The notes beneath the pieces were generated by a model. It did not search any database. It was given only the letters and a program-made list of their open reading frames with translations, and was not told the origin of the DNA. A stretch of 64,000 bases of DNA from IMG/VR virus record IMGVR_UViG_3300043399_000788, positions 1 through 64,000 of that record; one strand, given 5' to 3'. Positions within the stretch are counted from its first letter, which is position 1, and each line of letters starts with the position of its first letter. Positions 1-10,188 of the stretch are shown here, piece after piece. This DNA is from a virus. The translations under genes and the position numbers were made by a program.

Positions 1-70
1 TACCAGCAAGACCTTCAAGTAGGGCTTCCTTGGTTTCGTTCCAACGGCTCTCAATTAGGTTCTGAGTCAT
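1..70 (-). CDS. Major capsid protein (gp23-like), 5' end only; runs off the window
   Basis: Manual translation from ATG at 70: MTQNLIESRWNETKEALLEGLAG..., preceded by an AAGGAAAG RBS. Lies directly after the scaffold gene in T4 order portal-core-protease-scaffold-MCP. Confidence 0.75.
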   Translation of the reverse strand, partial: MTQNLIESRWNETKEALLEGLAG

Positions 71-87
71 TGTTTACTTTCCTTAAA

Positions 88-1179
88 TTACTTAAGTCCT
101 GCCAAACGTCTAATTTCAACGATATTAGTTTCTTCGTTGACTTGTGCTTTGGCATTACGATCACCTGTTACTTCTTTAACAGATTCATTGACGATCTTAC
201 GATCACTTCTTACACCAGTTCCGTTCATAACAGCTGGTAAGTACTTTTGAAAAGTAGCTTCTAGCTTGTTAGTTCCTACGGATTCAAGTAAGCTAGCCAT
301 TACAGCGGCTTTGTCAGCAGCTAGTGGCTTTAGCATTTCATCGAGTTTTTCTTTTCTTGTAATTGAATCTTTGATAATTGCAATTTCGCGGTCCTTAGAC
401 TCTGCTAAAGCAGTTGTAGTTTCAACTACTTTAGTTGCTTCCTCGAGCTTTGTTGCCATTGCAGCAACGTCATTCTTGAGTTTACGAATTTCAGCATGTT
501 CATTGAGATGTGTAGCTGAGAATTCGCTAGCAAATGCCTCGAACAGACGACGACCAAAATTGTTCTCGCGAGCAATCTTAATGTCTTCCTTGAGTTGAGT
601 CATTTCGGCTCTTACTGTTGTGGTAACAGCTTCCTGAACCATCTTTGAAGCGCGGCTTACGAATTGCTTCTGCAATCCTTCTAGCTTTGCCTTTGATTCA
701 GCAACCAGCTTAACTTTAGTGTTAATGAGGTCTTTCTTGTCCTCCGCAAATTCATGAAGTTCTTCGGCAAGTGCCTTAATAAGGAACTTTTCTAGCTTAG
801 CTAGACCTTCAGTCATCTTCTTGCGGTCTGCAACAAATTCACTGATTTCCTTCTTTAGGTTTTCACCTAGGAAGGCATCAAACTTGTTGGCCTTGTTCTT
901 CATTTCCATGACGAACTGGGCTCTATCTGCGACCAACTGGGCTCTTTCCTCTGAAAGCTTCTTAACTTCCTCAGAAAGAGTTTCTGTTACCATTTTATCA
1001 AGAGCTTCGACCATCACAGCCTTATCGTGCTCATAACGGTTAGCGAACTCACTACGTAGTTCACCTGCAATTTCTTGACGAGCCTCATTTAGTTTTGCGT
1101 CCCAGGCCTCTTGGATCTGGTTCTTAGACTCTTCATTCAATATGCCGCTATCGAGCAAGCCTTTGATAGCATCGAGCAT
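88..1179 (-). CDS. Prohead core scaffolding protein (gp22-like)
   Basis: 363 aa, charged, coiled-coil-like, C-terminal RRLAGLK. Sits between the protease and the putative MCP. Confidence 0.8.
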   Translation of the reverse strand: MLDAIKGLLDSGILNEESKNQIQEAWDAKLNEARQEIAGELRSEFANRYEHDKAVMVEALDKMVTETLSEEVKKLSEERAQLVADRAQFVMEMKNKANKFDAFLGENLKKEISEFVADRKKMTEGLAKLEKFLIKALAEELHEFAEDKKDLINTKVKLVAESKAKLEGLQKQFVSRASKMVQEAVTTTVRAEMTQLKEDIKIARENNFGRRLFEAFASEFSATHLNEHAEIRKLKNDVAAMATKLEEATKVVETTTALAESKDREIAIIKDSITRKEKLDEMLKPLAADKAAVMASLLESVGTNKLEATFQKYLPAVMNGTGVRSDRKIVNESVKEVTGDRNAKAQVNEETNIVEIRRLAGLK

Positions 1180-1192
1180 CTTATTCTCCTGA

Positions 1193-1819
1193 TTAGATTT
1201 TCAGTTCATTGATGAGACGTTTTACTGCCTCTGTTACGTGCTTACGCACGCTTGGATCTGTTTCCATTTCGCCAGCCATTTGTAAAATCTTATGGCCACC
1301 GTACATATTCATTAGTGATTCATAGACCGCTGTTGGATATGCATTTGGAGCAGAAGGTTGTGCAACAATATCAACAGTGACTATTTCAAAATCACTTACT
1401 GTACCGCTGCTTTCATTTACGTTGCCGCTACCGCGACTACTAACCCCAAGCTTAACACCAGCTTGCAACATTGCAGATACTAGATTACCCATTGGAGTTG
1501 GCAAAATCTTAAGTTTACCGCAACCCTTAGATCCATCCATCCACATATCTTCAATCATATGTGAAACACGGTCTAAGTTAATACGCAAGTTTGTTGGGTG
1601 ATCTACCTCACCCAACACACTATAACCTGACTTAAGTTGTTCTTTAATAGAGTTAACAGCGCGGCTAATCTCACTTACTGGATAGACACGCTGATTTTGA
1701 TTTTTGAGACCACCTTCAATGAAGATGCCCTTCATATAAAGGTTCTTACCATCTTCACTGGACTCAGTTACCATCTTTGCTTGATCGTAACTGAGATTTT
1801 CTATTAATAGTGGTTTCAT
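1193..1819 (-). CDS. Prohead maturation protease (T4 gp21-like)
   Basis: Motifs GIFIEG..KNQNQRVYP, LGEVDHP, VSHMI, GVSSRGSG and TVDIVAQPSAPNA, typical of gp21/peptidase S77. Confidence 0.93.
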   Translation of the reverse strand: MKPLLIENLSYDQAKMVTESSEDGKNLYMKGIFIEGGLKNQNQRVYPVSEISRAVNSIKEQLKSGYSVLGEVDHPTNLRINLDRVSHMIEDMWMDGSKGCGKLKILPTPMGNLVSAMLQAGVKLGVSSRGSGNVNESSGTVSDFEIVTVDIVAQPSAPNAYPTAVYESLMNMYGGHKILQMAGEMETDPSVRKHVTEAVKRLINELKI

Positions 1820-1831
1820 TTGTTTTACCTA

Positions 1832-2674
1832 TTAGCCCTTAGCGAGTGGGCTCTTGTCGTTTACGCCAGCTTCTTCTTTTGAAGGAGCCTTTGCTTTTGT
1901 CTTGTAAAAGTCGCTTGCGCCCTTGTTTCCACCAACTTGGTTTACGTTACGGCTTGCATACTCTACGTCCTTTGGTTTTGAAACAGACTTTGAAGAAGTT
2001 TCACCACCCTGCACTAGATTCTTTACAGTGCCGCCCATATCGTTCTTCATGTTGTCAACAATGCTCTTGCTGTTTACGCTTGGCTTGTCGCTTGAACCAG
2101 TTCCAACTGTCTGACCTTCAGTGTTTGATGGGGCCTTAACCTTCTCAACGTACTCACGTACCATACCTTCTTTTGGCATATCCATGTCGTCACTGCCCAT
2201 ATCCATTTCCATGTCGTCACCGCCCATGTCCATGTCACTGTGCTCTTCTTCGCCAGCTTCTTGGCTCATTAGAGAATCAAACTCAGCTTTTAGCTCGTCA
2301 AGTGCTGCTTCAAGATCAACTACACGATCTTCTAGCTCATCTTCGCCTTCTTCACCAGCTTCCATATCGCCTTCGTCATCCATGCCCATTTCATCACCTA
2401 GCTCGTCGCCAGCGTCATCCATGCTCATGCCTTCTTCATCAGCTTCAACGTCGTCGATCATATCATCTGACATGTCGCCACCAGCTTCATCAAATGAAGC
2501 TTCGTCTACTTTTTCTTCATCTTCGTTTTCTTCTTCGTGCTCATCTTCAGCGGCCATTTCGTTATAAATCTGGCGGCTTGTTTGAACTACGATATCATGG
2601 AGCAACTCACGAGCTGCTTCTTCTTCGTCATTAATAATGTGCTCGATAAGAGCTTCAAATTGAGTCTTAGCCAT
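1832..2674 (-). CDS. Highly acidic prohead core/internal protein (gp67-like position)
   Basis: 280 aa with an Asp/Glu/Met-rich middle and Lys/Ser-rich C-terminus; lies between portal and protease; AGGAG RBS. Confidence 0.6.
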   Translation of the reverse strand: MAKTQFEALIEHIINDEEEAARELLHDIVVQTSRQIYNEMAAEDEHEEENEDEEKVDEASFDEAGGDMSDDMIDDVEADEEGMSMDDAGDELGDEMGMDDEGDMEAGEEGEDELEDRVVDLEAALDELKAEFDSLMSQEAGEEEHSDMDMGGDDMEMDMGSDDMDMPKEGMVREYVEKVKAPSNTEGQTVGTGSSDKPSVNSKSIVDNMKNDMGGTVKNLVQGGETSSKSVSKPKDVEYASRNVNQVGGNKGASDFYKTKAKAPSKEEAGVNDKSPLAKG

Positions 2675-2807
2675 GGCAAATATACTCCTTACCCATTGGA
2701 TCTGTAAGTATTTAATGGATAGAAAGAAATCTGCTATGAAATAGGTAATTTTTGACTATTTTTGAAATTCAAGCTACTTATTTGTGTTAAAAGTTAGAAA
2801 ACAGCTA

Positions 2808-3038
2808 CTACAATCCGCCCATTTCACCTGTTGGTACTGGAGGAGCATACATTTTACGAACAAATGCCATTTCCTGTTCGTGCTCTAAAGCACGCATGTC
2901 ATTCATCTTTCGTAAACGATTAATTTGATTCAATGTTAAACGAGTTTTACGATTATCTTCATACTTTAATGTAGAATTGTCTTTAGACAAGTCCTGCATT
3001 TCTTCTGGTTGTTTATTGAAAAGCTCGTTTAAAATCAT
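2808..3038 (-). CDS. Small head-module protein (hypothetical, gp68-like position)
   Basis: ORF with a GGAG RBS before ATG at 3038 (MILNELF...RKTRLTLNQINRLRKM) and a TAAATA box upstream. Confidence 0.6.
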   Translation of the reverse strand: MILNELFNKQPEEMQDLSKDNSTLKYEDNRKTRLTLNQINRLRKMNDMRALEHEQEMAFVRKMYAPPVPTGEMGGL

Positions 3039-3064
3039 TGTAATCTCCAAGTGTATTTAACTTT

Positions 3065-4816
3065 TTATGTACCAGGAAGTCCAGCCCCAGTTGGAACAGT
3101 AGCAGCAGGTGTTCCCATACCAGCTTCTGCACCTGGTGTTGCACCAGCTGCTGCGCCCAATTCTCCTTCACCTGGAAGTCCAGGTTCTTCACTTGCTTCT
3201 AACCCTTCAATACCTTCAATATCTCCTGAAATATCCCCTGGAGTTATACCAACATTACGTAAGTCTGTTCCTTCAACATTTGGTGCGTTATCTGATCCAG
3301 ATTCTTCTTTCCAAAGTTTTTCGTTTTCTTTCATTTCAATCTCAGTAAGTCCTAGGTACTTCTTAAGAACGAAACGTTTGCTTAAGTATGGAACTTCTGC
3401 TAGCTGACCAAAGTTACTAATACGACTTGCATCAAGATCAATACTACGATAAGCAGCAAAGTTAAGTGGTTCGCTTAACTTTAATTCAAATAAGCTGTTA
3501 TCAACGTTAAATCCACGCCACTGTAAGAATAACTTAAATTCACGATCTAAGTTACCTGATATTAATGTTTGCAATCCTTTGCAGTAATTGTTGAATCTAT
3601 TTTCTTGAATAAGTGCTGTAGTAACTTTGCCGTCTGTGTAGGCCATAGTACCATCATCGGCACCAGTAGGCAAGTAACTACTAGGGATCCTAAGACCTCT
3701 AAGAAGCTTATTATTAAAATAACGTAAATCATCAATTTGTCCTAAGTTTTCACCACCTGGTAGTGTTTCAACTTTAGAACCACGACCTTCCGCAGTTTGA
3801 GGGAAGAAGTAATCTTCATTAATGCTTAGTGGGTTATAAGTAGCGTCCATAATATTTTGACCGCCACCAGTCATTGTTGGAATACGACGTTGATGTATCT
3901 CGTTTTTAACACGTTCAACGAACTGCATAGCTAAGTGACTTGGCATATTACCTGTATCAATGTAGAATACTCTACGTTCTGGTGCACGTTGAACACGATA
4001 AATTAAAATAGCATCTTCAAGTAATTCTTTTTGCTTGTATACTTTAAAAACGTTTTCAAGCACTGAAATACCAAATGGCCAATTAGAATCTAAGCCACTT
4101 GTTAAACTTAAATGTAAAACATGTTTGGCATCAATTGCACGCTCATTTTGTGCGTTACTAAAACGATTACCGCCAGTATATGGTTGTGTTGGTAATGTGT
4201 AACTACCAGTTGCTCCGCCTGATTGCGGGGCTCTAATATATACATCATTTGGTGTGTTAGTTGTAGCTGTTAAGTTCATAAAGTTAGGGCTTAAATCCTT
4301 AATGAAGTACATTTCAGGATTTTTTCCGTCACTTTCGTTTACTACAATTTTAGTAAGTTTAGACATATCAATCCAGTATAATTGAAATGTTTCTGGATCT
4401 CTAATGAATACTTGATCACCGTATTTTAATGTATTGCGTATCATTTTTGTGATACGTTTTTCCATTTCATTTAAGTTATACCAAGCTTTTAATTGCTCAG
4501 TTAAAATATCATTTTCAGTCTTTGTTGGTTTATCTTTATAATCAATAGTAAATGCAGTTTTTGTATCCTCAGATACTTGAGTACAAAAATCAGCAATAAT
4601 ATCTAATGCAGCATTAATTTCTGGATCTGCGTCCATATTTTCATATTGTGTATAACGTTCGATACGATTTGGATGTCCGGTATAAACATCGGGTAAAACG
4701 CTACCGTAATTCTTATATCCAAATTCTGGCATTACACCAGGGTTATTACTTCCGCCACCTAGCGGACTAAATCTTCCATCTAAATTAGGTGTTTTAAAGT
4801 GCTTCTTATAAGCCAT
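3065..4816 (-). CDS. Portal vertex protein (gp20-like)
   Basis: Motifs LLEDAILIYRVQRAPERRVFYIDTGNMP, EDYFFPQ..EGRGSKVETLPGGENLG, DLRYF..KL.RGLRIPSSYL. Confidence 0.95.
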   Translation of the reverse strand: MAYKKHFKTPNLDGRFSPLGGGSNNPGVMPEFGYKNYGSVLPDVYTGHPNRIERYTQYENMDADPEINAALDIIADFCTQVSEDTKTAFTIDYKDKPTKTENDILTEQLKAWYNLNEMEKRITKMIRNTLKYGDQVFIRDPETFQLYWIDMSKLTKIVVNESDGKNPEMYFIKDLSPNFMNLTATTNTPNDVYIRAPQSGGATGSYTLPTQPYTGGNRFSNAQNERAIDAKHVLHLSLTSGLDSNWPFGISVLENVFKVYKQKELLEDAILIYRVQRAPERRVFYIDTGNMPSHLAMQFVERVKNEIHQRRIPTMTGGGQNIMDATYNPLSINEDYFFPQTAEGRGSKVETLPGGENLGQIDDLRYFNNKLLRGLRIPSSYLPTGADDGTMAYTDGKVTTALIQENRFNNYCKGLQTLISGNLDREFKLFLQWRGFNVDNSLFELKLSEPLNFAAYRSIDLDASRISNFGQLAEVPYLSKRFVLKKYLGLTEIEMKENEKLWKEESGSDNAPNVEGTDLRNVGITPGDISGDIEGIEGLEASEEPGLPGEGELGAAAGATPGAEAGMGTPAATVPTGAGLPGT

Positions 4817-4842
4817 TGCTGTTCCTCGATGTAGTATTTATT

Positions 4843-7281
4843 TTAAACAGCAAGCCTATTTGCTTGGCGTTGTTCATATACAAGTTTCTCAAAGTTTGAA
4901 CTTAAAGTTCCCATTTGTGTGTTAAGTGACAACAATAGTTGATTTGTTCCACTGCTTGATTCAATAAGTTTTTGTAAGTACTGCGAACTATTATCCTTAG
5001 ATATAGCACGTTCAATTCCTTTTGTATCTACTGGATCTGATAAACCATCAACAGCAGCTATTAATTGAGAATAGTCTACATTTAAGTTTACAGGAATATT
5101 TCTGCCGTCTGGTAAAGGAACTATTGCTTCAGTACCGTGCAGTAATTCCATATAACCCGATCTAGGTCCTGACACAATACCACCTTTAGCCCAACCCGAA
5201 CCCATTGGGTCAATATTACCTGAAGATGATCCAACTTCACCTTCAATTGCACCTTCGACACCGCCAATAATTGTTTCAAAAAGCCATTTGCCAATAGATG
5301 CACCGACTTTTGTTCCAGTTTGATCCCCCCAAGGGCTTTCTTCATAAAGGCCGTAAGCACCGCCGGCTAACCCGCCGGCGCCAGAACCAATGCTCCAACC
5401 AGCAGCAGCACCTGGTATAGCACCTACGCCACCTGCAAATAATCCTGCTATTCCACCTATTAATGCACCGATTGCCCCACCTGCTAATGAACCTGTACCA
5501 GCACTTGCTGCAACACCACCAACGCCACCTGCAACAGCACCAATATTTTCACCAACGGTCCCACCTACTTCTTGAGTAGTTGATTTTGTTGCATTTTCAC
5601 CAGTAATTTTTTCAACTGCACCAATAATTGAACTAGTCAATGCTTCAATTGATTCTCTAAAAGCACCAAGTATTGCTGTGCCACCTGGTCCACCTACTAA
5701 TTGAGTAAGTTCTAGATCCATGTTTTGCAAGGATTTTTTAAGTGATTGAGATAATTGATTTACGTTCGCCATTGCTTGTAACGCTGGATCAAGTAATTTG
5801 CCTGTCTCATCAGTTGCTCTAGCATCTTTTTGTGCTTTTAATGTTTTAGTAAATTCTTCATCACTCATAGCAATGCTGCCTTGAGTTTTCTTAATAACAC
5901 CGCCTAGATTTTCAAGTGCAACACCTAATGGACCTTCTTGAGCTTGTACATATTTACCATACTCTGCTAGTACTTTTTGATTTGATAAAATTTCTTGATC
6001 AAATTTACGCATAGTTGTAGCAGTTGCATCAACTGCATTTCCACTACGAACTGTACCTTGTTGCATGGCACTGATCATTTCAAGGAATGCTTTGTTTGCA
6101 CCAGAGTTTTGAGATAACCATACAGCAGTTTGTTGTGTAGTTGCTCTTCCATTTGCCAATAAATCATTAAAAGCATTTACACCTGCTTCACCAAATCTAT
6201 CTGATACAACACTAGTTGTTTCTTCAAACGTTTTATAAGCATCAGGAAACTTTTCACTTAAAGTCAACAATGCACTTTGTACTTGAGTATTAAGCGCTCG
6301 TTGTTCACCTTCTTTTTTCAATTCTTCAACTGACTTACCAGTTAAGTTAGCAAGTGTTTTTTGCTGTCCTGCTAGTTCAAGTGCAGCTTGTGCAGTTTCT
6401 TTCATGTTTAAATCAACTTTGGCACCCCTTAGTCCTGCTTGGAAATCTAAAAGATAATCAGGTAGTTCCTCAGCAGTAATACCAAGTGCAACAAATTGAT
6501 TTTCTAAATTTGATGTTTTAATAGTTTTACCTAATGCAGCAACTCTGTTAGTTCCATTAGTAACAGATCCACCAAAAGTTGCTAATGCTTCTCTATTACG
6601 TTGTACAAAATCTGCCATCTGACCCAATGTTAAATTCATTGAGTTAGCAGTGTCCATCAAATTCTCAAATCCTTCACTAGCAACCATACCAGTGTCAGTA
6701 ATTTTTTGATATGTGTTTAGAAAACCTTCTGCGGAACCTAGAGCAGTTCCTAGCATACCAGTAAGTGCAGGAGTAAGTTTGCCAAGTGTTTCTAGACCAA
6801 TGCCAGCAATCTCCAATGCTTTACCAAAGATACGCATCTTTCTTCCGCCAAAAGCGGTCAATGCATCCCCTGCTAAATCTGCACCAGACCCAACAGCTTC
6901 TAAACTTCCACCTGCAACAGCACCTGCTGCTTCAACTGCATCCCTGGCAGACATATTTGAATCAGTTAATCGTTTTAGTGAATTTCCAAATGATTCTGCT
7001 GCGCTTGCTGCTGCATTGCCAAGTCCTCGCATAGAAAACCCAGCTTTCTTTGTAGTTGATGCTAACTCATCAAAGTTTTTAACATTGTCACCAATACTGG
7101 TGTTCAAAATTTTAATTAACTGAGCTTGGCGATTTTGTTGTCCTGCTAAGTTTGCAGCAGCATTTTTGCCGACAGTTGCGCTTCCGCCAAGCGCATGTAA
7201 GATTTCTCTTAGTGTGCTTTCAGTTGCAGCGTTTACCGCGGTATACGTTGTACCGTTTATATCGAGAGTTACATCTGCCAT
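4843..7281 (-). CDS. Tape-measure-like tail protein
   Basis: 812 aa, Ala/Gly-rich and helical-looking, with a hydrophobic glycine-zipper segment and the C-terminal AKGGIVSGP..GY..LLHGTEAIVPLP motif; divergent from the hub genes. Confidence 0.65.
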   Translation of the reverse strand: MADVTLDINGTTYTAVNAATESTLREILHALGGSATVGKNAAANLAGQQNRQAQLIKILNTSIGDNVKNFDELASTTKKAGFSMRGLGNAAASAAESFGNSLKRLTDSNMSARDAVEAAGAVAGGSLEAVGSGADLAGDALTAFGGRKMRIFGKALEIAGIGLETLGKLTPALTGMLGTALGSAEGFLNTYQKITDTGMVASEGFENLMDTANSMNLTLGQMADFVQRNREALATFGGSVTNGTNRVAALGKTIKTSNLENQFVALGITAEELPDYLLDFQAGLRGAKVDLNMKETAQAALELAGQQKTLANLTGKSVEELKKEGEQRALNTQVQSALLTLSEKFPDAYKTFEETTSVVSDRFGEAGVNAFNDLLANGRATTQQTAVWLSQNSGANKAFLEMISAMQQGTVRSGNAVDATATTMRKFDQEILSNQKVLAEYGKYVQAQEGPLGVALENLGGVIKKTQGSIAMSDEEFTKTLKAQKDARATDETGKLLDPALQAMANVNQLSQSLKKSLQNMDLELTQLVGGPGGTAILGAFRESIEALTSSIIGAVEKITGENATKSTTQEVGGTVGENIGAVAGGVGGVAASAGTGSLAGGAIGALIGGIAGLFAGGVGAIPGAAAGWSIGSGAGGLAGGAYGLYEESPWGDQTGTKVGASIGKWLFETIIGGVEGAIEGEVGSSSGNIDPMGSGWAKGGIVSGPRSGYMELLHGTEAIVPLPDGRNIPVNLNVDYSQLIAAVDGLSDPVDTKGIERAISKDNSSQYLQKLIESSSGTNQLLLSLNTQMGTLSSNFEKLVYEQRQANRLAV

Positions 7282-7291
7282 TTTATGCTAT

Positions 7292-7320
7292 TATAAATAC
7301 CTTATGCCTTATTTTATTTA
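7292..7320. promoter_or_regulatory. Overlapping divergent late promoters (TATAAATA on +, TAAATA on -)
   Basis: Exact T4 late consensus TATAAATA at 7292-7299 upstream of the hub genes; TAAATA on the minus strand at 7315-7320 upstream of the tape-measure gene. Confidence 0.55.
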
Positions 7321-7332
7321 TTGGAATTCAAA

Positions 7333-8175
7333 ATGACAGATGAAAACCCTCTGAGCAAATTCAAGAGAAAGTCGTTTGATATACTTAATTTACCATCAAA
7401 AGGTCTTTTTTGGAAAGAAGGATCACTAAATTATAGGCCAAATATGACCGTTTTGCCAATGACTGGCAGAGACGAAAGCTTATTACTAAGTGCAACTGGC
7501 GTGCTTTTAGGGAGCATAGTTGCTGAGATTGTGCAACGCTGTGTACCTGAAATTGTTGATCCTTGGGAAATGCCAAGAGTAGATTTAGACGCAGTTATGA
7601 TTTCTATTAGATGTGCAAGCTATGGTACTCATATGAAAGTAGCACATAAATGTCCTCATTGTGAAAAAGTACACAACTACACCGTTGATCTAACAACTGT
7701 AGCTAATAGTATTGAATTACCAAATTATGATAATCCTCTTATCTTAAATAACGGGCTTACTATTTGGTTTAAACCACTAACTCTAAAAGAGAGTAACGAT
7801 GTAATTTTAGATCAAAATAGAAAAACTGCTGTAATTCAAAAAATCACAAGAGAAAATATTAGCGAAGATGAAAAAGCAAAGCTAATCAAAGATAACTTGT
7901 GGCAACTTACTGCTGATACAGTAAAAGCATTGACACTAAACATTAGCAAAATAGTTGCAGATGTTGATATTGTAGACAATCCTGCTTACATTGAAAATTG
8001 GTTACTTGAAGCAGACCTTGATTCTTACACTGCTGTTCAAAATCAAGTGGAAAAGATTGTTGCAGAATACAAAATCCCTAAGATAAAAGCAGAATGTTTT
8101 GATTGTCATAAAGATTTTGAGATTGAAGTTGAATTTAACCCAGCTGATTTCTTAAGCAAAAGCAAAGATGACTAA
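7333..8175 (+). CDS. Baseplate hub assembly protein (gp26-like)
   Basis: LPSKG.F, PMT..DE, D.DA.MISIR.ASYG, CPHC and a C-terminal CxxC. ATG at 7333 preferred over the upstream TTG. Confidence 0.75.
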   Translation: MTDENPLSKFKRKSFDILNLPSKGLFWKEGSLNYRPNMTVLPMTGRDESLLLSATGVLLGSIVAEIVQRCVPEIVDPWEMPRVDLDAVMISIRCASYGTHMKVAHKCPHCEKVHNYTVDLTTVANSIELPNYDNPLILNNGLTIWFKPLTLKESNDVILDQNRKTAVIQKITRENISEDEKAKLIKDNLWQLTADTVKALTLNISKIVADVDIVDNPAYIENWLLEADLDSYTAVQNQVEKIVAEYKIPKIKAECFDCHKDFEIEVEFNPADFLSKSKDD

Positions 8176-9181
8176 TAGAAATCCAGAGCTTTACCTAAGT
8201 ATAGATACACAAAAATGGAATTTAGATGTTATTGCAGTTCCGCCTAACAGAGAAATTCCAGTGTATCCTATGACTTGGCAAGACGAACTGGAATTAAAAA
8301 ATGCTGATGGTTTAATGAACGGTGCAGCAATGGCAAACATTGTGCAAAAGCGTATCCCTGCAATACGAAACAGTTGGAACGTTCCTGAACATCAGTGGAA
8401 TCGATTAGTTGGGGCATTGCATTTAGCTACACACGGTGAAAATCTTGAGATGAGATACGAGTGTAAAAAATGCCGAAGTATAAATGATTTAATAGTAAAT
8501 GCATCTAAGTTGATAGATGACCACAACATGCCAGATTATTCTAGCGTAAACATTGATGGGCTCACAATAAACTTTTCACCGCTTAATTACTTAGATTTAG
8601 TTAACATGAGGAACAGAGATTTTAGAATGGTAAAGATGTTGCTCAATGTTAACTCATTAACTAAGTTTGATCCAAAACAAATTCAAAAAGAATTAAAGTC
8701 ATACAATGACAATGACAGCTTAATTAAAACCAAACGAATTAAAAGTATCGAATACGAAGACCAGTCCTACACTGACAAATTTTTAATTAAAGATTTTCTT
8801 GATAATGCAAACAGAGAAATACAAGAACTTGTTAGTAATAAAGTCGATGCTATTAACAACTCAACTAACCCAAATATTGAAATTGCAGAATGTCCAGAAT
8901 GTCAACACAAAAATTCAATCACTGTTAACTTAGATCCTAGTGAAGATTTTAGATTTAGAATAACACGCATGAATGATGAACAAATTATTGATACCATCAA
9001 AATGTTTGATAAACAAAGTGCAGCAATTCGTGAAGAAGCAATGCGTATGAGTTGGGCAATGCGTGGCGGTGCAAACTTTATTGATGTCCTTAATATGTCC
9101 CCGAATGAAAGAAAAGCTGTAAGCGAATTAATCAAATCAAATATGGAAACAACTAAAAAGTCAAGGTTGCCATTCTTCTAA
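8168..9181 (+). CDS. Second gp26-like hub protein with gp51-like C-terminal extension
   Basis: Paralogous to the previous gene (PMT..DE, CKKC, CPEC), plus a tail WAMRGGANFIDVLNMSPNERKAVSELIKSNMETTKKSRLPFF resembling the gp51 hub catalyst. Confidence 0.65.
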   Translation: MTNRNPELYLSIDTQKWNLDVIAVPPNREIPVYPMTWQDELELKNADGLMNGAAMANIVQKRIPAIRNSWNVPEHQWNRLVGALHLATHGENLEMRYECKKCRSINDLIVNASKLIDDHNMPDYSSVNIDGLTINFSPLNYLDLVNMRNRDFRMVKMLLNVNSLTKFDPKQIQKELKSYNDNDSLIKTKRIKSIEYEDQSYTDKFLIKDFLDNANREIQELVSNKVDAINNSTNPNIEIAECPECQHKNSITVNLDPSEDFRFRITRMNDEQIIDTIKMFDKQSAAIREEAMRMSWAMRGGANFIDVLNMSPNERKAVSELIKSNMETTKKSRLPFF

Positions 9182-10188
9182 TGTATAACATACACTGTCA
9201 ATGGCACCCACTTAAAAAGTGTATTATTGGTCGTACATACTATCCTAGTTTTTTTCAAAACATTGCACCAGCAGATAAAATTGCAAAAGTTTGTGAGGAA
9301 ACTGAGCAAGACTTACAAGCACTTGTTAATATTTTAGAACACTTTAATGTTGAAGTGCTACGACCAAAACTTGACGAAAATGATAGATTTGAAAATTACA
9401 ATAGGTCCAATATTCCTAGACCTCCTATTGCTCCGCGAGATGCTCTACTCGTAATTGGAAACAATGTATACGAGTTTGGGGATGACCATATAAGCATAAG
9501 AGCTTGTATTGATGAAACACCAAAACGTTCACCCTTTGCAAAAAGTAGACAACCACTATATCTCCCAGCCCCATCAATAACACAACTGGGTAAAGATTTA
9601 CTTGTCGACACACAGTGTTTTAGTCATTGGGAATTGCAGTGGATTGAAAAACAACTACCCAATTATCGTGTAAACAAAATATCAGTAGGCGGTCACAATG
9701 ATGGTAGCTTTATAATATTAAAACCCGGCGTTGTTATTAGTGTGAAAAATACAATTGATTGGAATGAATATTTCCCAAATTGGAATGTTTTAGAAGTCAA
9801 TAACGATAAGCACACACATTGTAAGCAGTGGTTAATTGATTCCAAAATTAATCAAGGCAAGTGGTGGATACCTGGGCAAGAAGATGATAACGAACTTGCA
9901 GACTTTGTTGATAACTGGTTATCAAATTGGGTTGGATATGCTGCCGAAACCGTGTTTAGTATTAATGCATTGATAATTGACGAGAAACACGTAATCATCA
10001 ATACTCCTAGAGCAGATGTTATACAGTTCCTAAAAAGCAATGGAATCGAAACAATAGTATGTCCACAAAGACATCAATACTTTTGGGATAATGGGATACA
10101 TTGTATGACACTTGATTTAGTACGTGAAGGGGATATGTTTGATCTTTTTCCTAGTCGTAACTATCCTTTTATGTGTAAAGGATATTAA
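9181..10188 (+). CDS. Amidinotransferase (glycine/inosamine-phosphate amidinotransferase-like, pentein fold)
   Basis: W.PLK.CIIGR, ETEQDL, VEVLRP, PRD.LLVIG, GHNDG and C-terminal WDNGIHCMTLDL.R (His and Cys of the catalytic triad). Confidence 0.85.
   Translation: MYNIHCQWHPLKKCIIGRTYYPSFFQNIAPADKIAKVCEETEQDLQALVNILEHFNVEVLRPKLDENDRFENYNRSNIPRPPIAPRDALLVIGNNVYEFGDDHISIRACIDETPKRSPFAKSRQPLYLPAPSITQLGKDLLVDTQCFSHWELQWIEKQLPNYRVNKISVGGHNDGSFIILKPGVVISVKNTIDWNEYFPNWNVLEVNNDKHTHCKQWLIDSKINQGKWWIPGQEDDNELADFVDNWLSNWVGYAAETVFSINALIIDEKHVIINTPRADVIQFLKSNGIETIVCPQRHQYFWDNGIHCMTLDLVREGDMFDLFPSRNYPFMCKGY

Noticed and set aside
266-7343. Many plus-strand ORFs antisense to the head genes (e.g. 2121-2567, 2173-2634, 3051-3407, 6713-7123)
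   Set aside because: They lie fully inside well-supported minus-strand genes and their low-complexity sequence mirrors the sense codons; they are shadow ORFs.
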